48,450 nucleotides of DNA from Fonticula-like sp. SCN 57-25 (lineage: Eukaryota), in contig MEDX01000679.1 in the NCBI GenBank assembly GCA_001724245.1, positions 1-48,450 of the forward strand, given 5' to 3'. The notes below the pieces were generated by a model, which made no database searches, had not been told where the DNA came from, and saw only the letters and a list, made by a program, of their open reading frames with translations. Position 1 is the stretch's first letter. Every line of letters starts with the position of its first letter. Both the position numbers and the translations under genes were made by a program. Positions 32,916-46,200 of this stretch are shown here, one piece after another.

Positions 32916-33687
32916 ATGGCGGAGCTCAGAGTCGATCCGCTGGCAACGGCGCTCGGGAAGGGAAGCCGACCAGAAAGCTGGGGCCTCGTTTTGGTAACCA
33001 ACTGGCCTGCGGACGAAATCTTGCGTGTTTGTCTTATGCCATATCCGTCAGCATGCTGAATTCCGCGACTAGGAGCCGTACAAGACGCTCCGGGACCGCC
33101 TCCAGGACGCGGATGGGGAGGGCGTCCTTTACGTCTACCCCTTTCAGCACCTGCACATTACCATTGCAACGCTGTCCAACTTTAAAACCGGCGCCCTTGC
33201 CAAGGATGGGACGTCGGCCAGCGACCGGGCGTACACTATGGACGTATGGCAGAGGCATCTTTCCAATGAATTTCCTTCTTCAGAGCGTCGTCAAACTACG
33301 CTCTCGCCGTTGGCTTTCCAGAGACCCAAAATATCAGAGAACGCGGCGTTTTTCATGGTTGGGGACCCCACTAGCGTGGTGGCAGACGTGCGCGCGAGGC
33401 TCCAGTCTACCGTTGTACCCCGGGTAGCCGCGGCGTACCCTGCCGTCGCCCTCGACGACCATACGTTCAATATCCCCTCAATAGTGCACAGCACGTTTGC
33501 TCGTTTTCAGCGGCCATCATCGGATTCCGGAAGCCTGCGCGCGCAGTTTGATTCGATATCGGAGCAGGTTTGGCCGTCGGCGGGCATTCCTGTTTCGGTG
33601 TCTGAGATGGCGCTGGCGGAAGAAATTCATCCCTACATGCATATTGGCCAGTCCCCTCTCCGCTTCCCTTTGCCTGCGACAAGTTGA
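32916..33687 (+). CDS. 2H phosphoesterase superfamily protein (LigT/CPDase-like), ~241 aa; intron 33027-33072
   Basis: Two Hx(T/S) motifs: YVYPFQHLHITIA and IVHSTFARF. The upstream exon MAELRVDP..LVTNWP joins in frame. Confidence 0.7.
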
Positions 33688-34250
33688 TCAACGGCCGATC
33701 CATCCTTCTGTATCGTATCAACTTGTTGGCTGGGCAACGATACGGTTGCACAATTACTGCCATGTATGGCGCTAATATACCAAATTCATTTTCCCGCGTT
33801 ACTATTCGCACCACCACCAATCTTAAATTGGTGCGTGTTTCCAAAAGTGCAACAAGCCACAGGAAAACGTGAGATTTCGACTTTGCATGTTGCCGTCCAA
33901 TACGACGCGACGCCGATCGGACTTTGATGATGTAATCTCGCTTCGAATGTTTATTTGCAGGTATGTTGACCACGTGGACTATTGTTTTGATTGGTGCGCT
34001 TAATCTTCTTGTCCAATCAGCCGGTATCAGATTGCCGGTCACCGTGCATTTTTTTCCTGCCTGTGCGCTCCCCACCACAACGAGTGAGGGATCCAGCGCT
34101 GCCGTGTGCCTCGTTTTTCCTCTTGGGGCGCACGCTTGATACATACTGCACTCGCCTCGCCTTGCGTGTGGTGTAGAGTGTGGCAGGTTCTTTTCTTCTT
34201 TAAGAGATTTCAGCGATCGTTTCTAGCGATTCGTTCGTTGCGGTGACGGG

Positions 34251-35508
34251 ATGGGCTGCTGCTCGAGCACCGACGATAAGGCCAAGAGCCAGGACATTGA
34301 CAAGCAACTAAAGTCGGAGCATGACCGCATGAACAATGAAGTCAAGCTTCTGCTGCTGGGTGCGTACTGCGACTGCCTGCGGCCCGCGCTCCTTTTTTGC
34401 ACGCTTTGACTTTTTTTCTCACGTGGCTCGCCCCAGGCGCCGGCGAGTCGGGTAAGAGCACAGTGCTAAAGCAGATCAAGATCCTTTACCAAGGAGGGTA
34501 CAGCGAGGCGGAGCGTGACTCGTACAGGGAAATTATTTGGAGCAACACGGTGCAGTCAATGCAGGTGCTGCTCCGCGGCCTGTCGACGCTGAACCCGCCG
34601 ATCTCGACGGAAGGCGATGCCGAGCTGGAGAAGAACGTCGAATACGTTCTCGGCCTTTCCCCGCAGTCCGACGACTTCAATTTTTCAAAGGAAGTGGCCA
34701 AGGCGATCGGGTTCCTTTGGGCGCACCCCATCGTCCTTTCCTGCTACTACCGCTCTTCCGAGCTCCAGTTGAACGACTCGGCGAGCTAGTGCGTGCCACC
34801 GTCGCCGCTCGCCTGGCCGCCTTTCTCACGCTCGTGTGTTCGCAGCTATTTTGAGAGCATAGATAGACTGTCTGCGCGCGACTACCTCCCGACGGAGAGC
34901 GATGTTGTTCACTCGCGCGTGAAGACGACGGGCATCTCGGAGACGACCTTTACGCTCGGCGGTCTCCATTTCCGCGTGCTCGATGTCGGAGGCCAGCGGT
35001 CCGAGCGCCGCAAGTGGATCCACTGCTTTGAGGGGGTGACCGCCGTGCTCTTCTGTGTCGCGCTCTCCGAGTACGACCTCGTGCTCCGCGAGGACGAGAC
35101 TCAGGTACGCACCGCAAAGGCTGGTCGATGGCGAGTGACTAACGTTCCCCGTGCCCCTTGCAGAACCGCATGCAGGAAGCGCTTCAGCTCTTTGACTCGA
35201 TCTGCAACTCGCGCTGGTTCGTGGAGACGAGCATCATCCTGTTCTTGAACAAGGTGGACCTCTTGAAGGAGAAGATCACACGTGTGCCGCTCACGCAGTG
35301 CTTCCCCGAGTACACGGGCGGCGATGACGCGACCAAGGCGATTGCTTTCATTGAGCGCAAGTTTACAGAGCTCAACCGCACGCCAGAAACCAAGACGGTT
35401 TATGCGCACCACACCTGCGCCACCCAGACCGAAAACATTCGGTTCGCGTGGGCGGCGGTGAACGATATTGTCACTCGCACGTCGCTGCGGAAAGCCGGTT
35501 TGATGTAA
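34251..35508 (+). CDS. Heterotrimeric G-protein alpha subunit (Gi-like); 3 introns
   Basis: MGCCSS lipidation motif, [53 protein letters not shown]-terminus. Confidence 0.96.
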
Positions 35509-36044
35509 TATGGGCTTAGCTTTTTTGTCTGTCACTGTTATTTCTTTTCAATTGCTATTTTATATCAGTCAGTTCGCACTATCCTCCCATATGCACCCCC
35601 ACCCGCCTAGAGTTTCGTAGCGGGGCCTGCTATTGTAACTGTTTTTTTTTTGGTTTTTTTTTCTGATTCTGGCGATGTTCGCTTTTTGCGCACTGCGCTA
35701 CCAAAGTATATTTTTGTATATTGTTTTTCTGTCTCTATTCGCATTGGCTTGATTATATTATAATACAGTAAACGTTCTCAGTGAATTTGATGACCCCGCC
35801 GCGCCTCGAAAGAAAATCCCTTTCCAATCTGACCAATCAGATCGCGCCGCGCCAATTGTCGTTTCCTCCGTCACCGAACACTTTCATTCCAGCCCTGCTG
35901 GGACGGCCTCTGGTACCTACGGTCCGGCTAGCAGGCTCCGCTTCGTATTCCACCCGCGGCGCTTGAAGGCACAACGGACGGATTACCGCTGTGACATATT
36001 TGGAAACTCTTTCGCCGCTTTATGGTCAGAGGCTGACGGGAACA

Positions 36045-39002
36045 ATGTTCGTATCTCACATGCCGGTAACGGCCGCGGCGCTGCCATAATGCTAACAATA
36101 CACCGCAATAGGGAACTGCGCTCGTCTACGCCCAGAAGGAGTATGCGAAACATGCCGCGCCCTGACTACTCCATCTTTGGGTCGACGGCCTCCCACCGCC
36201 ATTCGCGCGGGCATCGTTCCCCCCGACCGTACGCGTGGCCGCTTTTTGATCTGGCGCCTTTGCGACTTACCATGCGTCACCAGGGATGGCGAGCCGTCAT
36301 CGGGCCGTTCGGTTAGCCCTTCTTCGTCCAGTGTATCTGAGGCGAAGAGCAAGCCGCGCCGCCGCGTGGATCGCGACATCTTGCCAAAGAGCCTCATTGA
36401 GGGCCCTTCGTCATCGGACGACAGCGACAACGACTTTGAAGAGTCGGAGGTGCGGCTCGGCCTTTCGCTCGCCGCCGCGCAACTAACAGCAGCTTTTCTA
36501 TTGCAGCCGGCCACGCCACCGCTCTTTTCTTCGCTTTCTGAGGCGCCGGCCACCGCGTTCCGGAGCAGCGCTGGTGCGGCTCCCTCGTCGGACGCGCCGG
36601 CGTCCCCCTCGCCGCAACGCCGCGGCGCGTCTGTGACGGACGACAGCGAGCGCGGTCTGACGGACGGCCTGGCCGACCTTGTTGATGTGCCGGCGGTGGA
36701 CGAATCGCTGCTGGACGCGCCGTACGACACTGACGCCTTTCTCGTGGACGAGTCGGAGCCGCCCATCATGGACGAGGCGCTCGATGAGACCGCTTTTCAC
36801 GTGGAGCCTCCCGCTGGGAGGTCCCGCCGCGGCATCCTGGAGCTGGTTGCGCCGCTGACGCCCGACGCGGGGTGGGGGCGGCGGCACCTTAGCACGCCGG
36901 GCACCGCAATCGGCACGCTCTGGCGCTCGATGTGGGGGGCGAGGGGCGAAACCGCCGCCACAGAGCAGGCGGCGACTGAGCAGACTGAGACAGAGCAGGC
37001 AGCAACTGAACAGACTCCAGTCCCAACGTTGTCGGAGCCTTCGCCGCCGCCGGAGCAGGAGCAGGAGCAGGAGGAAGAGGAACCCGCCGTGGAGGCCGAG
37101 GAGATTGAGGAGGATATGGGCGTGCCGGTGGCGTTTAGCGTCGAGTCCATCGACCTCGACACGCAGCAGCACGGCGAGACGTTCTTTTTCGGTGCGCTCT
37201 TTGTGTACCTTTGGTGGCGTGTGTCTAACTGGCTAGCAACAGCTTTGCGGAATAGCCTGAGCGAACTCCTTGTCAATATCGTTGCGTTCCCCATCATCTG
37301 GGTTGCAAAGTTTGTGATGCTGCTCCGCTCTATGTTTAGCTTCCTCGCCACGCTGGTGACGGAGAGCGTGCGCGGCTTGTTTGGGCTGCTCTACCACGTT
37401 CTCGGTGGCGTGATTGGCTCGACCTTTAACCTTGTTGCGAGCGTTCTCTGGTTTATCATTGACCTCGCGTGGTCGTTCATTTCTACGCTGCTAAAGATCC
37501 TTGTCGGGGCGACCGTCATTGGCGTCCGCGTGGTCGCGGCTATCGTCGGAGCCCTTGCCAAGAGCAAGATTTTCTGGTACTTCATTGCTGGTCTCGTGGG
37601 CGCGTGGCTTCTCGCGGGCTTTTACGGCGCCGTCGTCAACCCTCCGCATGGCGCTGTCTCTGACCGTGCGCAGTCCCTGGCCACGGGTTCTGGTTCTAAC
37701 GCGACTTGCAGGCGTGCCGCGGCTCGAGCTGACTCCGTCGCAGGTGGCCGAGGTGGCCGAGGTGCAGCAAAAGCTCGGCCTTCTCTTTGACCAGGTGCAG
37801 TCGATCTCTGGCAAGGTGCGCTTCGCTCTCTGAACCGCCGCTCCGTTTGGCTGACACACCGCTAGCTTTCCGACCTTTCCAGCGAGCACGCGGCCGTCAA
37901 GCCGGCGATCCTCGACGCCGACGTTGTTGGTCGCAAGGTGAAGGACCTCACTGAGCGCCTCGAGAAGACCGCGGCGGCCCTGGGGTCGATGCAGGAGCAC
38001 CAGAACGTTCTTGGCTCGAAGCACTCGCAACTGGACGCTGATGTGCGTGCGACGCTGAGCAAGCTCACTTCAGGGTCAGTTGGCTCGGACGACCACGAGC
38101 GGCGCATCCAGGTGCTGGAGCAGTCGGCCGGCACGCCCGCCGCTGCCCCGGCCAACGCCGCGACCGCCGAGGAGCTCGAGCACATCCGCCAGGACATGAT
38201 TCAGCGCCTTCTTGACGAGTCTGCTCGCACGCAGGCGTCGCTCGGCAAGCTCCGCGGCGACATCAACGACCGGCTGGAGGCGCTCTCCAACGCCAAGGAC
38301 TCGTCGGACGAGATTGCAGAGCTCCGCAGCTCGTTCATCGCGCTGGACGGCGAGCTCTCGTCGCTCAAGGCGCACACGAACGAGCTGCGCGGCCTCCAGG
38401 GTGAGACGCGCGCCTCGGTCGACGCCCTCGATAAGCGCATCGATACCGTGCGCATCTCGCGGGAGGTCGGCGAGCGCCTTGCCGCCGACACGATCGGCGT
38501 CGTTGACCACGCGCTGCGGACCGGCGGCGCCATCATTGTGCCGGCGCTCACGTCGGCGCCGTTCGAGCACGCCAACGGCGGCTTCTGGCTGACCAAGCTG
38601 CTCAGCCTCGGCGAGCGCCGCCAGCCGCCGTCCATCATGCTGGACAGCCGCAACCAGCGCGGCGAGTGCTACGCGCTCGCGGGCCACAGCGGCACCGTCG
38701 GCGTCAAGCTGGCGTACCCCGTGCGCCCCACCGGCTTTAGCATTGATCACATTCCACAGTCCATCGCGCTGGACAGCGCCAAGTCGGCGCCGCACAAGAT
38801 TGAAATTTACGGCATCAGCGAGGACGGCAAGTCGGTGCGCCTCGTCGAGGGCGCGTACGACCTGTCGGGCAGCGCTGTGCAGACGTTCTCGACGTCGCTG
38901 CGCTCTGCCTTTAGCACGTTCCAGCTGAGGGTGCTTTCTAATCACGGCCACGAGAGCTATACATGTGTCTACCGCTTCCGCGTCCACGGGCAAAAGGTCT
39001 AA
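36045..39002 (+). CDS. SUN-domain (Sad1/UNC-84) nuclear envelope protein; start uncertain
   Basis: Disordered N-terminus, hydrophobic membrane region, coiled coil, then SUN domain DHALRTGGAII..GECYAL..FSIDHIP..SAPHKIEIYG..SNHGHESYTCVYRFRVHG. Confidence 0.88.
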
Positions 39003-39354
39003 TCGCCAGTGCGGCTGAAGCTTGGCGGCTGTAAAGTGGCTGTGGCGCTCAATGCGGATACAGCCTTGTTTAATCAGTTTGAAATTTTCTCGCCTTTATT
39101 TATACTCTCTTTACCACCATTTTTATGCTTTGCTGCACAATAAACCAAAGTCGTGCCTTTTACTTGACATGTCCCCTCGTCATCTGACACCGCCTCTCCC
39201 TCAGATTGCTTGAATGATTGCATCGCAAACTTCACCACGTGGCCATAATGGGCCCCTGACTGCGTCATGCACGGCAGGCATCCTCTCTGCCTAGCGGGCG
39301 GCCTTGAATGGGTAAGGAGGCGCGCTTCCCTTGGCCGACGGCTTGCCTCTCAAG

Positions 39355-42300
39355 ATGGATACGCCGCTCGACAAGGTTGAGAAAAAGATCGATTCGGCGC
39401 TGACGAGAAACCCCAAGCTTCTGGTGGTGACGCCGCTGTCGGTCGTTGCGCTGCTGTCGTACTTTTCGGGCGTCCTAGGCTGGGGGCCCATCCTTCCATG
39501 TCTCGTGGTCGCCGGCCTGCTTATGGCGCTTTCAAGCCGGCAGAAGAGGGCGGACATTGTGCGCCTTGCGTGGCTTCGCGGCGAGTCGCGGCGGATGCGC
39601 GTACGCCGCCATGATTATCTTTGCCGATCGCTGCTCACTCGTGGCAGTCGCTCGATGACTGGGAGACGGTCGAGTGGCTCAACCAGCAAATTGGCACTAT
39701 TTGGGTGACGTTTGGTACGCGCATCGGGATCAAGGCGGCCGAGTGGCTCGACGCCTTTCTCGCCGCCAACCCCCCGATCCCGATGATGGTGCGACCCTTG
39801 TTCGCTGCTTGCCTCTGAAAGCTTACACGTCCACCAGAAACGTGTGTCTATTAAGCGCATATTCCTCGGCACGCAGCAGGCAAAAATCACAAAGCTGCGC
39901 TCCTATGCACGAGTGCCCTCAAACGAAATGGTGCGCATTTTTGCCTCGTCTGTGCCACTGGCTCATTTGCGCGCATAGCATATGGACGCCGTGGTCGTCT
40001 GGGCGGACAATGACGCCGAAGTCGTCATGGTATGTAACTTTGGCGTATCGCTGCCCATCCTGGTGCACCGCCTCTACTTTCGCGGCAAGGTGCACGTTCA
40101 GGTCCGGCTGGACGACGAGTACCCGTTCATCGATACGCTGCAAGTGTCGCTGCTTGAGGAGCCGACGGTCGAGTTCTCCGTACGCCCGCTGCACTCTGTC
40201 GACGTCATGGACGTACCGTGGATCTCCAACCTCATCCGGCAGTCGGTCAACGAGTTTGTGCACAACGCGCTGCTCGACCCCAACTCGCTGACCATCCCGA
40301 TCAAGGCGCTCTTCCTCGACCGCGAGATGACTGACGCCGACTCTGATTCACCCACCTACTTTCGTACGCGCTCTTTTGCTTATTTGGTGCTTTAACTGAA
40401 CTTGTACAGGGCCGTCCGTTGGTATCATTAGCGTACGTGTGCAGTCTGCCAACCACGTGCCGCGCCGCGAGATCCTCGGCTACTCCAACCCGTACGTCAA
40501 GCTCGCCGTCTCGCAGCAGTTCATCGAGATGCAGACGCAGACCCGCAAGCGATCGTCGCAGCCGACCTGGAACGAGGGCTTTTACTTTCTCGTGCAGGAC
40601 CTTAAGGAGCAGGTACGCGCTATGTGCCACTTTTGCACGTATTAATCGACCGGCAGCAATTGGTCCTCAAGCTCTTTGATCACAAGAGCGTCGCGTCCGA
40701 CGAGCTGCTCGGGACGAGCACGCTGCCGCTCTCAAAGCTGTCGAACGGCAAGGACAAGAAGCCGCAGACCTTGTGCGCATCGCTCACTGCAATGTATTGT
40801 TCAGCTTACAGGCGCGCCTAGCACTCTGCCGGTCGAGGGCGGCGGCGAGGCGACGCTGCAGTTTGAGGCACAGTTCTTTAGCATTGCACCGACAACAGCT
40901 CCTGCTCTTCCCGCTACAGCCGACGGGCAGGCGCCTGCTCAGTCAGAGGTGCTCAAGGTGGACAAGGGGATCCTGCAGGTGACAATCAACGGCGCCGAGC
41001 AACTTTCCTCTGCGCGCGCCGACGGTACACCTCTTTCTTTGTTGTATGTGCGTGTACTGATGCGTTCCTGTAGGCGAAATTGACTCGTACGTCATTGTCA
41101 AGACGGGCGGCACGCGCCTTTTCCGTTCTGTGGTCAAAAAGGACACGGCGTCCCCCTCGTGGAATGAGACGTTTGAGACGCTGATGCTGGACCCGTCGAT
41201 GCCGCTGCACTTTGTCATCAAGGACTCGAACCTGCTCATGAACGCCTTTCTTGGCGAGTACATTCTCAAGCTTGAGGACGTCAAGTTTTCGCGCGCCGAG
41301 CCGACGACCATGTGGCTCACGCTCTGGAACACGGACTGCGGCAAGCTGTCGGTCACGCTAAAGTACACGCCGCTCGACATCCACGAGCTCCTCGATGATT
41401 TTGGTGCGCGCTGTGAAAAGAAATCGTTTGCATTGCTGACGTGAATGTTGTCCAGCGGGCGGTCACGGCGCCACGCCACTCGCCGCCGACCCACAGAGCC
41501 GCCGCGGGTGGTTTGACAGGCGCTCGCGACGCGCCGCGGCGTCCTACTCGAACGACATTATGCACTCGACGACGGCCAAGATGCTCAACCTCACCATTCA
41601 CAGCGCCACCGACCTCATCGCGGCCGACTCAAACGGTGCGTAGCGCTGCATCACCATCATAGAGCTAACAGATATCATGCCATCAATAGGCCTGAGCGAC
41701 CCGTATGTCACGGTGCAGGTGGGCGGCATGACCCTGTTTCGGAGCAGCGTCAAGAAAAAGACGCTCTCGCCCGTGTGGGAGGAGACCGTGCAGATTCCAG
41801 TCGACTTTACGCGCACGCCGCTTGTCATTTTTACCGTCATGGACTATGACGCGCTCACGTCGGACGACTTTCTCGGCTCGCTGTCCCTCGACGAGGCCAC
41901 CCTGGTACGCCGTGCATAATAGCATAAGCAATGTACTAAAGCCGCTTGCTACCACAGAAGCAGGCACAGTCAAAGGCGTTCCCGCTCAGTAAAGTGCCGT
42001 CGGGCCGCCTCTGCATATCGGCCGAGATGAAGCCGCTCTCAGTTGGGCCAGGGGATGCATCGGCTGCAGCAGGAACGAGCTCAGCGTCCATCGCAGCGGC
42101 CTCGAACAACACAATCACAGCAAACAACACATCACGCACGACGAATACGACAACAAACGGGGCACCGCATGCAACAACTACGGCGACTGATGAGGCGAAT
42201 GCGCCGCCAAAGCGGAAGCGATCTTTGCTGCTTCAGCGGCCGAGGCTGCACCGCGGGCGTTCGCAGTCGGTCGACCTTGGCAATGTCGAAGCGCCAGCGG

Positions 42301-43038
42301 TCGCCGCTGTGGCCGCCAATCGCGTTGCTGATACAAGTAGGAGTGGCGGCGTTGAGACGCGCGTGGTTGCAGGCGCAGATGTGCTCGTTTCGGACTTGTC
42401 ATCTGACGAGGACCTTTCGGCGCGCAGCAGCGTCAGCACAGTTCGGCGCATGTCGGCGCCCACGGCCACAACATCACAGGCGCTCATCAACGGTACGCCG
42501 GTTACCATTCACAGCCACTTTTTTCTGATAGCCACTAGATCACCTGTACACGGTCGCGCTCAATATTCACGCGCTGACCTTTGGCGACGCGGCCTCCGAG
42601 GCGCACGTGAGCCAGCCGTACGTTGTGCTGCACATTGATACGCACCGCGCGTACAAGACCAAGCCGGCGTCGCGTAGGGAGCTCGCGGCCGACTGGAACG
42701 AGGTTGTTACGCTGCGCCACATGACGCCAACGTCCATGCTGTCGTTCACCGTCAAGGACAAGCCGCTGCGCAAGCTCATCGCAAGGTCTTTCTTTCACTG
42801 GTACGGCTCCATGACGCTCGCCGAGATCAGCAGTGCGCACAAAGTCTCTTTTCTGTTCTCTATCTGATTATGTAATTCAGCGCTGCGCGTCGAGGAGCAG
42901 CACAAGCACGTGATCGACCTCGCGACGTCGAGCTTCCAGGGGCGCTCCTTTGAGCGGCCGCAGCTCCATATCAAGCTGACCGTGACGGACGAGGGCCCCA
43001 GGGCGCCCGGCAAGCCAATCCCCATCGAGGTAACATGA
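39355..43038 (+). CDS. Tricalbin/extended-synaptotagmin-like protein (N-terminal membrane hairpin, SMP domain, several C2 domains); many introns
   Basis: ETVEWLNQ, PFIDTLQVSLLEEPTVEFSVRPL..DVMDVPWI (SMP); C2 motifs SNPYV..PTWNEGF, SPSWNETF, SDPYV..KKTLSPVWEE..DDFLG. Confidence 0.88.
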
Positions 43039-43227
43039 AACGGCCATACGGATATCTATATTTCGCATACAGCGTCGCTATGTACTACTGGGAGGGGAAA
43101 CGCAATACACACGGGGACGAAAAACCGCCGCAAATAAGGGACGCACAGAGCAATCCATAATCAAACTTGGAGCGGCACAGAGACTGGCACATGAAAAAGC
43201 AACATAAATAAAACAAAACATGATTGT

Positions 43228-46200
43228 CTAGAAAGCGACCTTTGCGCTTGGCGTTGACAGCGTGTCGTAGCACGGCCCGCAGAGCCTTACGGCGCTCTTC
43301 TCCCCAAACTTTTCGATTGGCAGCTTGCGCGAGCTCGGGAGGCAGTTTGAGCACGCAATACGCCCGCAGTGGCGGCAGTGATGCTTGCGCTTGTTGACCG
43401 TAAACTTTGACGCGCAGATCTGGCAGTTTGGCAGGTCCACCCACACCGGCGGCTCCTTGATGAGCTCGAGGATCCTGCGCTGAAGCAGTGACCGCCCGGG
43501 CGTCTCCTGCTCGAGCTGCGGCGTCACAACGTCCAGCACGCTCACGCCGTCGGCATTCTTGGTCATGAGCGACGCGCCGCGCGGCACCAGCTCGAGCGCC
43601 ACGTACTCATTCACCGCGAGGTACGCGAGCAGCAGCGCGGTATTGCCCTGATAGTCGGCCTACATGTCATGCTATGTCAGTAATCCGCCCCTAAATGCAA
43701 ATTATCCGCGCGTACGTCATCGATTGCGACGCCGCTGTCGACGAGAAGGTTGAACAGCGGCAGGCAGCGCTTGCCGAGCGGCGCGCCAAAGCTGGCGAGG
43801 AGGTGCAGCGCCGACTGCCCCATGAGGTTGACCTCGCCGAGGAAGAGCCCGCTCCCCGACGACGCAATCATCATGGCGACGTCGGGCTGCCCCGCCGAGA
43901 TGGCGGCGAGCAGCGCCGTCGCGCCCTCGATGTCCTTGAGCACGGGCGACATGCTGTGCGGAAGCAGCAGCGACACCATGTCGACGTGACCGGCCGTGGC
44001 GGCCTCGTGCAACGGCGTGCGGCCGCGCGTGTTCTGCAGCGTGCACGCCTCAGGGTCAACGGCAATGATGCGCCGCGCCGTCTCCAAGTGCCCCTTGTGC
44101 GCAACAACGTGCAGCGGCGTGTCAAACGTCTTGCTCCCGGCAGTCTGCTTCGGGTCAACGGAAAGCTCATCGAGCAGGAACGCAGCGCCGTCATAGTCGT
44201 CGTGCTTGACGGCAAACATGAGCAGCGTCGAGCCAAACGCGTCAACAGCGTCCGTCGAGAACCGGTCAGAGTGCGCGGCGAGAACGGCACCACACGACGC
44301 CTCGCGAAGCTGGTACACGAGCGAGTACACCGTCTGGCCGCTCGCATTCCGCTGCGTCACATCGGCCTATACGCCTGTGTCAATAAAAGTAACAAAAGAA
44401 AAGATGCGCACGTCGGCCGCGACCAGCGCCTTGACGGCCTCGGGCTGCTGCGCCTGCACAGCAACATGCAGCGGCGAGTCACCCGCCTCGTTGCGCCGGT
44501 TCACGTCCGCCTTGCGCTGAACAAGCTCGGCCATAATATCCGACGCGCCAATCCGCGCGGCAAAATGGAGCGGCGCATCTGCAGACAAAAGTCAGATTTC
44601 AGATTCATAGTACAGGTAACGCGTTGCGCACCTCGCTGCGGCGTGCGGCCGGGCAGGTCGCCGTTCACCTCGGCACCGGCGAGGATCAAATACAGCGCCG
44701 CTGCCGTATCGCCCACCTCGAGGCGGTGCTCCAGCAGCGTGCGTCCCTCTATTCGCCCACAAAACGTCAGCCAAACAAACACACATAAACCATACGCACC
44801 TGGGCCGGGCGACGGCTTTCCGTTCACGTTCGCGCCGTTCTCGACGAGGACGCCGACGCAGTTGCGCGCGCCCACAGCGAGCGCGTGGTCGAGCGGCGTC
44901 TGGCTGCCCTCGGGCTCGTCGACGCTGGCACCGCGGGCGACCGCCGCGCGCGCCGCCTGCGGCATGTCATGCTCGATGGCGAGGAAGAGCGCCGACGCGC
45001 CGTCCGCCGACACGGTGTCGATGCGCGCGCCATTCTCGAGCAAAAAGACCGCTGCGCGCTCCTGCTTGCCCGTGATGGCGCGGCAAAGCGGGCTCTGCGC
45101 GGCGTTGGCGGGACCGCACGGCGCGTCCACGTGCGCGCCCTTGGCGAGGAGCGTCTCGGCAAAGGAGAACTGCTCGCCGGCGAGGCTCAGCCAAAGCGGC
45201 GAGTCGCCGTTCTCGTCGACGGCGTTCAACTCGAGGCCGGGGACGTCGAGCAGCATCGAAACAATGTCGGTCAGCTTGTGCGCCATTGCAATGTGCAGCG
45301 GCGCATTGCCTGACGAGTCGCGCTTGTTCACGTCGGCGTTGTACTTTAGCAGCAGCGCCACCATCATAGTGTGGTTCTGGAGAACGGCAAGATGGAGCGG
45401 GGCTGTAGTGAAATGGTAAGAAAATGAGCAAAGAAATCATATAATGCGCACTCTGAGACTCGCTCGTCGCCGCGTTCGGGTTCGCCTTGTTTTCAAGGAG
45501 GAACTCTGCGGCAAACTCGTTTCCTTCAAATGACGCGCGGTGCAGCCACGTTAGCCCAGCGGCGTTGGTTGCCGTCTGGATTTGGGCGCCCGACGTGAAG
45601 AACAGGTCGGCCATATCGCGGCGGCGGCTCGTGAGCGCCATCCAGAGCGGCGAGTCGCCCGCGGCGTTCTGCGCGTCGACCCTGATCAGCGGCTGCTGGC
45701 ACAGCAGCGTAGCCAGCGCCATGTCGCCAAGCGACGCGGCAATGTGCAGCGCCGTGCTGCCGTCATTGTACGCAAGCTCATTGGGAACGGGGCTGTGTGG
45801 CAAAAAAAGTTAGACCAACATTAGACGCGAACCGGAAGCGTACGAGCTGATGGGCGAGGTGGGCGTCTGCGCCGGGCCGCTGAGCAGGGCGATCGCGTTC
45901 ACGTTGACGCCGTTGATGAGGAGCTCCTCGACGACCTGGGTGAGGCTCTGGAGGCACGCCACGTGGATCGGCCAGCGGCCGTTCTGGCGGTCCTGCACCT
46001 CGCGGTTGGCGCCCTGGCGGATGTAAAAGAGCGACGAGGGCGTGTCGCCGCGCAGCAGGGCGCGGTACAGCGACGAGTGGCCCGTCTTGCTGTCAACCGC
46101 CTCCATGTCACAGTGGTGCTCAACAAGAGACTGCGCGACAGACATGTACCGCAGGCTCAGGGCGACCTCGAGCGGCGTCTGGCCAGACTCGTTGCGCGAG

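Noticed and set aside
33041-33072. atatccg inside the 2H gene intron as another U12 donor
   Set aside because: No TCCTTRAC branch site or suitable AC acceptor; a GT-AG intron already restores the frame.
33690-34250. Possible RNA gene in the longest intergenic gap
   Set aside because: No tRNA or snRNA hallmarks recognised; CCAAT boxes and pyrimidine tracts fit a promoter/5'UTR of the G-alpha gene.
38076-38993. 305-aa minus-strand ORF
   Set aside because: Antisense shadow of the SUN-domain exon.
43695-45419. 574-aa plus-strand ORF
   Set aside because: Antisense to rabankyrin-5 exons; Arg/Ala/Ser-rich with no recognisable domain.
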